Positions 30,103 to 39,720 of a DNA stretch of 64,000 nucleotides are shown one piece after another. The notes beneath the pieces are model-generated. The model saw nothing but the letters and a program-made list of their open reading frames with translations. It had not been told where the DNA came from and did no database searches. Each line of letters begins with the position of its first letter. Positions within the stretch are counted from its first letter, which is position 1. The translations under genes were made by a program, and so were the position numbers. Origin of the DNA: Spirochaetaceae bacterium (GTDB lineage: Bacteria > Spirochaetota > Spirochaetia > DSM-2461); NCBI GenBank assembly GCA_051531975.1, contig JAOPTT010000005.1, positions 192,001 through 256,000 on the forward strand, given 5' to 3'.

Positions 30103-30960
30103 ATGGACTATAATAAGATACTACCTATAAAAGAGATTCAGCCATCAGTTCATATTGTTAATTATATTAAATGGGATGATATGTCACAAATCTGGGGCCC
30201 CAGGATTATTGCAGATTTTGAGATGATACTAATTAGAGAGGGTACCTTCTCTTACATCGAAGAAAAAGTTTTTCCAAACTCATTTCAGTGTGATAAGAGA
30301 ATTAATGGGTCTTTGAATCTTACTCTTAAACCTGGCGACATGCTTCTGATTCCTCCTGGAGTTGAACATGTACTTAAAACCGAATCCAATGCCGGTGCCT
30401 TTTCCTGTATTCATAATGATCCATACGGAGATCATTCTAATAATAATAATAATATAAAATTGTCTCCAACTCCTGAATATAAAACAGATCTTTTTGAACA
30501 TATGGAGCTTTTTGACAGTCTATTTTTCAGGACTAATGAGCTTTTTGAAAGTTATCAACTCTATAGAGATGAGCTGCTTAGTACATTGTGTCGGGAGATC
30601 TGGCTCCGCTGTGCTGCCAGGTGGGACGTTCAGTCAAAAGAAGTACAGATTAGTGAAAGAATGAAAATGATGCTAGGATATATAAAAGTAAATTGCCAAC
30701 GGGATATAGGAAGGAATGAACTGGCAGAGGAATTTAATCTGACTGCCGAACATGTTAACTCACTGTTCAAAAAGGAGTTGAATATTTCTCCCTCAACCTG
30801 TATCAATCGCGAGCGAGTTCTCCTGGGATATTCCAAAATATACAATGGGGGATTATCCGTGAAAGAAGCTGCCTTTGAGTGTGGTTTTAATGATCCTCTC
30901 TACTTTTCCAAAGTCTTTAAAAAAGTACTTGGTGTATCACCATCCTCTTTGAGAAGATAG
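30103..30960 (+). CDS. AraC-family regulator
   Basis: Cupin-like N-terminus (LIPPGVEH); CGFNDPLYFSKVFKKVLGVSP. Confidence 0.9.
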   Translation: MDYNKILPIKEIQPSVHIVNYIKWDDMSQIWGPRIIADFEMILIREGTFSYIEEKVFPNSFQCDKRINGSLNLTLKPGDMLLIPPGVEHVLKTESNAGAFSCIHNDPYGDHSNNNNNIKLSPTPEYKTDLFEHMELFDSLFFRTNELFESYQLYRDELLSTLCREIWLRCAARWDVQSKEVQISERMKMMLGYIKVNCQRDIGRNELAEEFNLTAEHVNSLFKKELNISPSTCINRERVLLGYSKIYNGGLSVKEAAFECGFNDPLYFSKVFKKVLGVSPSSLRR

Positions 30961-30987
30961 ACACTTTGATAATGAACTTATACTTAC

Positions 30988-31030
30988 AAAAACCGCCACT
31001 ATATTTGATTAAATAGAGTGGGGAAGTTTT
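30988..31030. terminator. Probable bidirectional terminator between convergent genes
   Basis: AAAAAC...CCACTATATTT / AAATAGAGTGG...GTTTTT hairpin. Confidence 0.5.
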
Positions 31031-31064
31031 TATCTTTTATAATATAACCTCGTCAGTTATCACT

Positions 31065-32051
31065 TTATTTACAAATAGCATATTCTTTAAACAGTTTGAT
31101 ATACAATTTATAATCTTCCATTGATACTTCTGGCGGAGTCTGGTGGTCTACGCTAATAATATATCCACCTTTTTTAGCTGCAGGAATCACTCTTTCGAAC
31201 TCTTTCCGAATAGCATCTTCTCCTAAATGCATAACGGTTTTATCAAAATGACCTATACATTTAAAATGTGGATATTTTTTCTGTAATACATCTATATCCA
31301 CTCCCGCCTGTCTTTCTAAAGGTAGAGCACCAGCAATACCAGCATCCTGGAACCACTGTATTGGTTCAGTTATATCACCATCTGAATCGATAATTGTATG
31401 TGTTTTTGTACCTTCAAATTTCTTTATTATCCTTTTATTGTATGGGAGGATAAACTCTTCATACTGATCCCGACTTACCATTGGCCCATGATTGTAACTC
31501 ATATCCTCGGCAAATGTAACAAAGTCAGGTTCTATATGGTCTAGAACATAGTCGATAGTTTTGCTCTGATAGTTACAAAGATCCTCATTCATCCGGTGCA
31601 TTAGATCTGGTTGATCATAAAAAGAGTATAGATGTCTTTCGATACCAAATAACTCTCTGGGGTACCAGAAAAATCCCTGCATTCCAAAACGGAAGATATT
31701 GTCTCCCTTTTTATTGTCTTTTATCCACTGTTTCTCAATGGGACTGAATCTGAAGGGCTTAAAGAGGGTTGGAAGTATTTTATCATACTCTTCTTCTGTT
31801 TCTGCAATACCTTTACCATGGGATTTTGTCACTGGTGTTTCACGGGATTGAGCAACGCAGGCCGTCTCCCTATACATATCCAATCCAAAATATTCGTACA
31901 TTTTGTAACGATCGGTATTTGGCAGACCTTCTGATTTCCACCTTGTAACTGTCTGATCCCACCATACAGCCCACTCTATTATCGGTAGTCTGTCTACTGG
32001 TTCTCTGTTCATTGAGGCATTAAAACGCTCTTTGATTGTCATCTCTTCCAT
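31065..32051 (-). CDS. Uroporphyrinogen decarboxylase-family (URO-D/MtaA-like) protein
   Basis: AEDMSYNHGPMVS, IDSDG, LPLERQAG, GGYIISVDHQTPP. Confidence 0.85.
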   Translation of the reverse strand: MEEMTIKERFNASMNREPVDRLPIIEWAVWWDQTVTRWKSEGLPNTDRYKMYEYFGLDMYRETACVAQSRETPVTKSHGKGIAETEEEYDKILPTLFKPFRFSPIEKQWIKDNKKGDNIFRFGMQGFFWYPRELFGIERHLYSFYDQPDLMHRMNEDLCNYQSKTIDYVLDHIEPDFVTFAEDMSYNHGPMVSRDQYEEFILPYNKRIIKKFEGTKTHTIIDSDGDITEPIQWFQDAGIAGALPLERQAGVDIDVLQKKYPHFKCIGHFDKTVMHLGEDAIRKEFERVIPAAKKGGYIISVDHQTPPEVSMEDYKLYIKLFKEYAICK

Positions 32052-32166
32052 GTACTGTTTTCCTTTGAATTGTAATATGTATTTATTTTGATATTAAACA
32101 TTATATACCAGTATTATTGATAAAACTTGGTATATATTATCTATTTGTTAGAATATAATACCTATT

Positions 32167-33042
32167 ATGCGAACTCTTGATATTTTAAAAAGTAGTAATA
32201 AACAGCTGGAAAAGTTTGGTTTTTCAGTTTTGTCTCATCCTGATTATAACAATGTAATAAGAGATCCCCATTCTCTGGATGTTATTCTTTTCTCCTGGTT
32301 TATTTCAGGTAAGGGTAAACATTACATTGCAGATAATAAATTTGATATTAATTCCGGTTCAATGGGAATTACGCCAATTGGAATTACCCATGATATCCAA
32401 ACCGATGGTGATATGACTATAATCAATCTGTTTATTAATCCAAGGACATTTCCTCTGCCGATTCTAACCGATAAATTTATGAGTTATCTACAGATCCTTC
32501 TTCCTTTTAGGCAGACTTTTGCAAGGCTCAGGGAAAATGTCATCCAGATCAATTGTTCTAATCCAGAAATCATTACCGAGTTACTTAAACAGATACTCCA
32601 TGAGCAGGAGAGGGAACGTTATGGTAACATAGAGGTCTGTTATGAACTTTTAAAACTCCTATTTATGCAACTTATAAGGGAGATAGTTGAAAATGGGCAT
32701 ATATCAATTAGTAAAGTTCAAGGCAGGTATAGTGAAAAAATAATGAAAGTTGTCTCTTATCTAGACTCCCATTATATGGATAAATATTCCCTAGAAAATC
32801 TAGCCCATATCTTTGGTTTTTCTAAAACAGCACTATGCGCTAATTTTAAAAAAGGAACTGGAAAGACTATCTTTGAATATATTGTAATGAAGAGAATTGA
32901 GAAATGTAGTCTATTACTTTGTACAACCACTAAAAGCATAACTGAAATTGCTTATGTGACCGGCTTTAATGATATCTCTTTTTTCAATAAGAAATTCAAA
33001 GAACTTACGAGAATGTCTCCCGGTGGATTTAGGAAGATATAA
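32167..33042 (+). CDS. AraC-family regulator
   Basis: GFNDISFFNKKFKELTRMSP; divergent from the URO-D gene. Confidence 0.9.
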   Translation: MRTLDILKSSNKQLEKFGFSVLSHPDYNNVIRDPHSLDVILFSWFISGKGKHYIADNKFDINSGSMGITPIGITHDIQTDGDMTIINLFINPRTFPLPILTDKFMSYLQILLPFRQTFARLRENVIQINCSNPEIITELLKQILHEQERERYGNIEVCYELLKLLFMQLIREIVENGHISISKVQGRYSEKIMKVVSYLDSHYMDKYSLENLAHIFGFSKTALCANFKKGTGKTIFEYIVMKRIEKCSLLLCTTTKSITEIAYVTGFNDISFFNKKFKELTRMSPGGFRKI

Positions 33043-33074
33043 CTTAATATCAACACAAAAATTGATTTAAATAA

Positions 33075-33143
33075 TTGACAACTAGTTTTTATATGCTATA
33101 TTAAATGTTATATCATTTCGAACATATGTTATATATGATATGT
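33075..33143 (+). promoter_or_regulatory. Promoter with degenerate TGATATATCA-like boxes upstream of GH2
   Basis: TTGACA-N16-TATATT; TGTTATATCA at 33106 and TGATATGTCA at 33134. Confidence 0.55.
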
Positions 33144-33165
33144 CAACATTAAAAAGGGACGAGTT

Positions 33166-36100
33166 ATGTTATTTAATAGAGATTTTGCACCACAAGAGGG
33201 GCTGGTAAAAAATATAGAGAAACCATATAGGGATGAGATCTGTCTAAACGGACAGTGGCAGTTTAATCCGGTTGAAAATTCTGAGGATCCCAAAGATCCA
33301 ACTCTTCCATCAGAACGTGATTGGGATACTACTCCAATAAAAATTCCTTCACCATGGAATGTTAATGGATTCTCAAGAGGTGGTGGAGGAGATTTTAGAG
33401 CATATCCAACATACCCAGAAAAATGGAACAATATTAAGTCAGGTTGGCTTAAAAAAGTTATAACAGTACCACATGAGTGGGAAAAGTGTCGTACTATACT
33501 ACATTTTGAAGCTGTTGCCGGATATACACAGATTTTTATTAACAAAAAAAAGATTGGTGATCATTCTGATTCCTTCCTTCCTTTTTTCTTTGATATTACA
33601 GACCATGTAAAACCTGGGGAGCAGATTGAAATACTGCTTTGGGTAATCCATAGTAGTTTTCTCGATGAACCTGGAAAGTATGGATTTAAAAAGTATGTTG
33701 CAGGTTCTTTCTGGGGCAGTTTTATCGCTGGTATCTGGCAGGATGTATATCTTCAAAAAGTTCCTGAACTGCATATAACAGATACTTTTGTAAAACCATT
33801 TGTGAGTAGAGATAAACTTGAAATAGAAGTTACTATAAAAAACAACAGTGGAATTGAGAAGGAGCTTTTACTTGATGGTTCTATACACCCATGGATAAAT
33901 AAAGTAGAAAATTCAAATACCACTACACCTGAGATTAATTGGGATCTTGCAGATAGCGTACTCTCTCTAGATAATAAAAAACAGACTATCCCTGGAAATA
34001 GCGAAAAGACATTTATAATTGAAACAGAAGTTAAGGATCGGTTAAAATTATGGTCTCCTCAGAATCCAAATTTATACGGTTTAGTAATGTCTATAGATGG
34101 TGTCGATAAAAAATATACCCGTTTTGGTTGGAGAGAGTTTCTTATAAAGGGAAAAAAAATTCTACTAAACGGTGAGCATATTCAAATTAAAGGTGACTCA
34201 TGGCACTTTACCGGTGTACAGCAGATGAGCAGACGTTATGTTTACGGTTGGTACAAAATGTTAGCAGATTGTAATGCTAATGGAGTCCGTCTTCATGCCC
34301 AGGTATATCCAAGATTTTACCTGGAAATGGCAGATGAAATGGGAATGTGTGTATTAGATGAAACAGGTATCTGGTTCAGCGATAGTGGGCCTAAACTCGA
34401 CTCTGAAGAGTATTGGGACGCTGCCAGGTTTCAGGTAGAAGGACTTATTAAAAGAGATAGAAATTATCCTTCAGTATTTGGTTGGAGTGTTTGTAACGAA
34501 ACAATTGAAGTAGTTAGAATGGTTTTTCATGCACCAAGAAGCATCCTTCAAAAAAATGTAAAAGAGATAAACAGTTGGGTAAAGATAGCAAGAGAGTTGG
34601 ATGGTACAAGGGATTGGATCTCCGGTGATGGAGAGATTTTAGCCAAAACTGATCTGCCAACAGTTATTACACACTATACTGGTGGTTTCGAAAATACTCT
34701 TTTTTCAAACCTTGGGAAACCCTGGGGAGTAGGTGAGACTGGTAGAGGATATTATGGTACTCCAAAACAGGTTTCAAAATTTAATGGGGACCGATCATAC
34801 GAATCACAGTTAGGGAGAATGGAAGGGTTAGCAGCTGAAGCTTTTCAGATAATTAAAACACAACGAAACCAGAAAGCCTCTTATGCATCAGTTTTTAACC
34901 TGGCATGGTACAGTATAAAACCTCTTGGTTTGGGATTAAAAGATCCAAGTAGACTTCCTGAATTAACAGATGGTATATTTTTTAACGAGTATAAAGAGGG
35001 TAAACCGGGGTATCAACCGGAGAGATTAGGGCCTTATAGTTCAACATTTAACCCAGGATATGTGCCACAAAGACCTCTGTATGAAACTTGGCCACTTTTT
35101 GATGCTGTAAAAGAGGCTTTTTCTGATGATTATAAATCTAAGAAAAACATTTGGAAAGTTAAAAAGAACAACAGAGTTAAGATAGATAAATCGAGTAAAA
35201 AGAGTGAAGTTGTAATGTTATCAGCTGATTCAAAATCAGTTGTAAAAAAACATTTAGAGAGGTTTGCTCTACGGTTCGAAGATTTTAATCACACTAAAAA
35301 GCAGCTTATATTAATTGATGGAAAAAATCCTCCCAGTTTAAAAAGTATTGAAGTTACTAAACTTAGAAGTTCTATGGAGAGTGGAAGTACAGTTCTATTT
35401 TGGAATACAGACGAGAAGTCAAAAAAACTTATAGAGTTTCTAAGCAAAAAAAATATAGAGTTTTATAACCGTGATGCTACTAGTTATTTAATAAAAGAGG
35501 GACATGCAATAGTTAGAAACCAGAGACACAAGGATTTCTACTTCTCTGAGATTAGTTCAGATCCTGTATCTACTAAAAGTATAGGTGGTGAGTGGGTTAA
35601 AGATTCCTCCCTTATTTTAGAAGCTTGTAATACAGATTGGCAGAAGTGGAACTATCAGGGTGAAGAGGTTAAAACTGGAAAAGTATATCGTAGTGAACTT
35701 GAAGAAAAAAATCCTGGAAATGTAATTGTTAGGGAGAGTATTGGAGAGGGAGAGCTAATAGTTTCAACTCTAAATACATTTAAATTAGGTCACCTGGAAG
35801 CAGGTAAAATAAAAAATATTGTTAAGAGCTTAGGTGGAAAATTAAAAGGTCATACAGCCCATATTCCTAAAGCATTAAACAGAAGAAATATACTAAGAAA
35901 TGTATTGCTAAATGAATCTATAGAAAGTGATAGTACAACCGTAAAAGCTAATCTAAAAGGAAAGTTTAGAATAAGTGGTAGAGGGGATAAAACCCTAAGT
36001 TTTTGGTTCTTTAGTTCAAGATCCTTAACAGATCTACTTATTGAACCGGGAATCCCTGTTTTATCCATGGAGATTAATAGTGTTTCTAGACTAAAAGTAA

Positions 36101-36303
36101 GTGTAAATGATACAGCTATTGATCCTACTGGATACGATGGGGAATTAACTACATATTTAGGTTTTCCTCTTGAGAAAGGGTGGAATTTTATCTGCCTGGA
36201 GCTACCTGATTCCGACATAAATAGAGATTTTAAACTGACTTTTAAATGTACAAAAAGAAAATTTCTTAGAGAAATTAAGACATTAGTAGATAGGGAAGTT
36301 TAA
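33166..36303 (+). CDS. Glycoside hydrolase family 2 protein with long C-terminal extension
   Basis: CLNGQWQF, LHFEAV, GIWQDVYL, RFGWREF, RDRNYPSVFGWSVCNE. Confidence 0.88.
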   Translation: MLFNRDFAPQEGLVKNIEKPYRDEICLNGQWQFNPVENSEDPKDPTLPSERDWDTTPIKIPSPWNVNGFSRGGGGDFRAYPTYPEKWNNIKSGWLKKVITVPHEWEKCRTILHFEAVAGYTQIFINKKKIGDHSDSFLPFFFDITDHVKPGEQIEILLWVIHSSFLDEPGKYGFKKYVAGSFWGSFIAGIWQDVYLQKVPELHITDTFVKPFVSRDKLEIEVTIKNNSGIEKELLLDGSIHPWINKVENSNTTTPEINWDLADSVLSLDNKKQTIPGNSEKTFIIETEVKDRLKLWSPQNPNLYGLVMSIDGVDKKYTRFGWREFLIKGKKILLNGEHIQIKGDSWHFTGVQQMSRRYVYGWYKMLADCNANGVRLHAQVYPRFYLEMADEMGMCVLDETGIWFSDSGPKLDSEEYWDAARFQVEGLIKRDRNYPSVFGWSVCNETIEVVRMVFHAPRSILQKNVKEINSWVKIARELDGTRDWISGDGEILAKTDLPTVITHYTGGFENTLFSNLGKPWGVGETGRGYYGTPKQVSKFNGDRSYESQLGRMEGLAAEAFQIIKTQRNQKASYASVFNLAWYSIKPLGLGLKDPSRLPELTDGIFFNEYKEGKPGYQPERLGPYSSTFNPGYVPQRPLYETWPLFDAVKEAFSDDYKSKKNIWKVKKNNRVKIDKSSKKSEVVMLSADSKSVVKKHLERFALRFEDFNHTKKQLILIDGKNPPSLKSIEVTKLRSSMESGSTVLFWNTDEKSKKLIEFLSKKNIEFYNRDATSYLIKEGHAIVRNQRHKDFYFSEISSDPVSTKSIGGEWVKDSSLILEACNTDWQKWNYQGEEVKTGKVYRSELEEKNPGNVIVRESIGEGELIVSTLNTFKLGHLEAGKIKNIVKSLGGKLKGHTAHIPKALNRRNILRNVLLNESIESDSTTVKANLKGKFRISGRGDKTLSFWFFSSRSLTDLLIEPGIPVLSMEINSVSRLKVSVNDTAIDPTGYDGELTTYLGFPLEKGWNFICLELPDSDINRDFKLTFKCTKRKFLREIKTLVDREV

Positions 36304-36338
36304 ATATACACATTAAAAGATGTAAACTAGGGGATAAA

Positions 36339-37802
36339 GTGGATTTAACAGTAAAAAAAGAGTACAGGGATTTTACAATATTTTTAAATAGATATAAAAG
36401 AACTATGGGTTCTATTATTTTAGGCTTAGGTCTACTTTCTTGTACTAGTGGGGATCTGGAAACCGAAGTATTACAATCTAGACCAAATGTAGTTTTTATA
36501 ACTGCAGACGATTTGGGATGGAAGGATATTGGGTGTTATGGAAACCAGGATATTAGTACTCCTAACATTGATGCTTTAGCAGAGAACGGTACAATGTTTG
36601 AAAATGCGTTTGTTGCAGCCCCTAGTTGTTCCCCAAGTAGAGCATCCTTTATAACTGGACAATACCCACATACAAATGGTGTAACAGCTCTAACCCACAG
36701 ATTCCCTGATAAAGCACTTAAAAAAACGGCTATTACAATGCCTAAAGAGTTAGAAAATGCCGGTTATTCAACTGCCATAGATGGAAAGTGGCACCCTGCA
36801 GTTTTTACCCCTGTCAGATCTTTTGGTTACCAAAAAAGAATGACAGGCTTTGGTATTTTTGCATCCAGTTGGAAAATTCCTAATGCAAAAGATGCTGTAA
36901 GATTCATTAGAAAAAACAAAGAAAAACCATTTTATTTAGAGATGAATTTTATACAGAACCATAGAATTGACCACGGTAAGTTTTATTATTCAGAAGATTT
37001 CTTTGTTGATCCTAATTCTATAACAATACCAGAGCAGTATGCACTTCCCGATTGGCCTGAGATCAGAGAGGATCTTTCTAAATACTATAGCCAAACAATG
37101 GAGATGGATAAAATTATAGGTGATGTTGTAGATGAATTAGAAAGTTTAGGACTAAGAGAAAATACTATGATAATTTTTGTCAGTGATAATGGTCAGCCAT
37201 ATCCAGGTGCTAAAATGACCCTATACGATAGAGGAATTGCTGTACCATTAATAGTTAATTGGCCTGAGGTAGTTAAATCTGGTGCTGTAATAGACGATTT
37301 AATAAGTTCAATAGATATAATGCCCACAGTTTTAGAAGCTAGTGGATTAGAAATACCAGATACAATAGAGGGCATTTCTTTCTACCCTCAATTAATTGGG
37401 GATGAAGATAAAACAGAGAGAGATGCTGTATATAGTGAAATGAACTACCATGTTAAATATATTCCAGGACGTTCTGTTAGAACTAAAGAGTGGAAGTATA
37501 TTAAAAATTATTCGGATATAGCTTTTGGTTTAGATGAACTTGATACTACGGATTGGGCATATAGATTAGCAGAGGAACCAAATCAACCATGGACAAAACC
37601 AAGGGTTCAGGAGGAACTTTATTATTTAACTAATGATCCTAATGAACAAATAAACTTAATAGATAATCCTGAATATGCTGAGGATTTAGAAAGGTTGAAA
37701 AAGATGCTTCTTGATAATATGAATTTTACAAATGACCCATACTTAGATCAAGTTTTTACATACGATTATAATGAAGATGATTATATAAAGAAAGTTAAAT
37801 AG
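36339..37802 (+). CDS. Cys-type sulfatase, probable lipoprotein (sulfamidase-like)
   Basis: LLSC lipobox-like motif, RPNVVFITADDLG, CSPSR, SDNG. Confidence 0.9.
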   Translation: MDLTVKKEYRDFTIFLNRYKRTMGSIILGLGLLSCTSGDLETEVLQSRPNVVFITADDLGWKDIGCYGNQDISTPNIDALAENGTMFENAFVAAPSCSPSRASFITGQYPHTNGVTALTHRFPDKALKKTAITMPKELENAGYSTAIDGKWHPAVFTPVRSFGYQKRMTGFGIFASSWKIPNAKDAVRFIRKNKEKPFYLEMNFIQNHRIDHGKFYYSEDFFVDPNSITIPEQYALPDWPEIREDLSKYYSQTMEMDKIIGDVVDELESLGLRENTMIIFVSDNGQPYPGAKMTLYDRGIAVPLIVNWPEVVKSGAVIDDLISSIDIMPTVLEASGLEIPDTIEGISFYPQLIGDEDKTERDAVYSEMNYHVKYIPGRSVRTKEWKYIKNYSDIAFGLDELDTTDWAYRLAEEPNQPWTKPRVQEELYYLTNDPNEQINLIDNPEYAEDLERLKKMLLDNMNFTNDPYLDQVFTYDYNEDDYIKKVK

Positions 37803-37817
37803 TATGATGTATTGAAG

Positions 37818-38636
37818 TCACGATTTCCTGAAACCTGTAGGGGTTTGACCTGTAATGGACTTAAACTGTTTACTGAAGCTAAAAAGATCACTATAACCAA
37901 GCTCACTAGATATCTCACGTATAGTTAAACTAGATGTTTTAAGAAGTCTCATAGCTGTGTTTATACGATTTTTTATCATATATTCATGGGGTGTACTGTT
38001 TTTGTACTTCTTAAACAGTCTTATAAGATGTTCCTTTGAGTAGTGCTTATTAGTAGGAATTTGATCTATAGATCTATATTTCCCTGGATTAGCTTTTAAT
38101 ACATCGCATAGATCCATAATTAACTGCATACCTGGGTTATCCTTTTCAAAGGAATATTGATACCCTATCTCGCTAATAAGAGTTTTTAACCAGACCTTTT
38201 TTTCTTTCTGAGAAACCTTCTCTATCCTCTTAAAAATTGTCTGAAGCATATTAAGATTAACCGATTTACAATAAAAAGGAGCTAGTTCATCCTCTGATAA
38301 AGTTACTGTTCTATTCTCTTCTTCTATAAAAAAATCTATCCAGAAAAATGTAAGAGGATTTTTAGGATCATGAGTAGCATAATATGATGTTGTTGAGTTT
38401 AAAGGAAGAACATATACGTCCCCTCTATTCAGTAAAAAACTATTTTCTCCACACTTTAGTTTTCCTGTTCCAGAATCTACAATCCAGATAACATATTCAT
38501 CACTTCCGCTCCATGTAACTCTACTGTCCCAATACCAGTTTTGATGACATATGTGTTGAGATAATTGTTTTATTTCTAAATTAAACCTATTCTCAAAAAT
38601 ATCAACTTTTGACATATACATTCCTCTTTTTGACAA
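37818..38636 (-). CDS. AraC-family regulator
   Basis: LGYSDLFSFSKQFKSITGQTP; the true start may be a few codons downstream. Confidence 0.88.
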   Translation of the reverse strand: MSKRGMYMSKVDIFENRFNLEIKQLSQHICHQNWYWDSRVTWSGSDEYVIWIVDSGTGKLKCGENSFLLNRGDVYVLPLNSTTSYYATHDPKNPLTFFWIDFFIEEENRTVTLSEDELAPFYCKSVNLNMLQTIFKRIEKVSQKEKKVWLKTLISEIGYQYSFEKDNPGMQLIMDLCDVLKANPGKYRSIDQIPTNKHYSKEHLIRLFKKYKNSTPHEYMIKNRINTAMRLLKTSSLTIREISSELGYSDLFSFSKQFKSITGQTPTGFRKS

Positions 38637-38757
38637 GTTACAAGCCAGTTGTTTAATAATAACAGGGTTCCAATAATTATTCTATATATCAATATTTGAC
38701 ATATGTTTGTTTTTCTTTAACATGGTCAGATCATAAAACCGGTAGTAATATTAAAAT

Positions 38758-39720
38758 ATGAATATAGTTAATAATAGACCTATAAAACTTCTGGCCTTGG
38801 ATATGGGTGGAACAAGAATAAAAATGGGATTGGTATCAAATGGTGAGGTTAAAGGCCTTAAAATTATACCTTCTCTATCCCATCTACCATTTAGCGAAAG
38901 ATTAGGTATGTTGAAGGATGATTTAATCCAGATATGTTCACAAGAATCCACTACCATGGAAGAACTTGACGGTTTGGCGATAGCATTTCCGGCAATTATT
39001 AATTATGAGAAAAATGAAATTATTGATAATTATGATAAATATCCAGGTTCTGCAGGGTTTGATCTAACCGGTTGGGCAAAAAGTGAGCTAGGTTTAAAAG
39101 TTGCTATAGATAATGATGCAAGGTGTGCCCTGTTAGGAGAGGTGAACTTTGGAGCAGGCAGAGGTAACAAAAGTTCAGTAATGCTTACATTAGGGACTGG
39201 AATAGGTTCTTCAGCTTATGTTAATGGTGAGATTATTAGGGGTAACAGTGGTTTAGGTGGTTGCCTAATGGGGCACCAGACTCTAAATATTTCAGGGGAC
39301 CTATGTTACTGCGGTAATATTGGTTGTGCAGAGCTGGAAACATCTATCAAAACGGTAGTCCAAAGAATTAAAAATAGTAGACACTTTGAAAATAGTCCAC
39401 TAAAAGATATTAGAGATATTGATTATGAGATCCTGTTTAATCTTTTTGAAAGTGGTGATTTATGTGCAACAAAAATTATTAATTATTCACTTAAAATATG
39501 GGGGGCTCTTGCTGTATCTATAATCCATAGCTTCGATCCAGCAATCCTGATTTTAGGAGGTGGAATTATGAATAGTGGTAAATTTATAATACCCTCAATT
39601 AAAGAGTATATAAACATACATTCACGGAATAATGACGAGAGTATCACTATCAAAGCTGCAGAACTTGGAGACAGGGCTGCACTACTTGGTTGTCAGGTGA
39701 TACTAGAAGGAAAATTATGA
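38758..39720 (+). CDS. ROK-family sugar kinase
   Basis: LDMGGT, NDARCA, TLGTGIG, CYCGNIGCAE zinc motif; no N-terminal HTH. Confidence 0.9.
   Translation: MNIVNNRPIKLLALDMGGTRIKMGLVSNGEVKGLKIIPSLSHLPFSERLGMLKDDLIQICSQESTTMEELDGLAIAFPAIINYEKNEIIDNYDKYPGSAGFDLTGWAKSELGLKVAIDNDARCALLGEVNFGAGRGNKSSVMLTLGTGIGSSAYVNGEIIRGNSGLGGCLMGHQTLNISGDLCYCGNIGCAELETSIKTVVQRIKNSRHFENSPLKDIRDIDYEILFNLFESGDLCATKIINYSLKIWGALAVSIIHSFDPAILILGGGIMNSGKFIIPSIKEYINIHSRNNDESITIKAAELGDRAALLGCQVILEGKL

Noticed and set aside
30439..30453. (AAT)5 run in the AraC gene as a contingency locus
   Set aside because: Short, in-frame and unsurprising at this AT content.
28833..32051. Calling the URO-D proteins hemE
   Set aside because: They lack the HemE RQAGR N-terminal motif and have no tetrapyrrole gene context.
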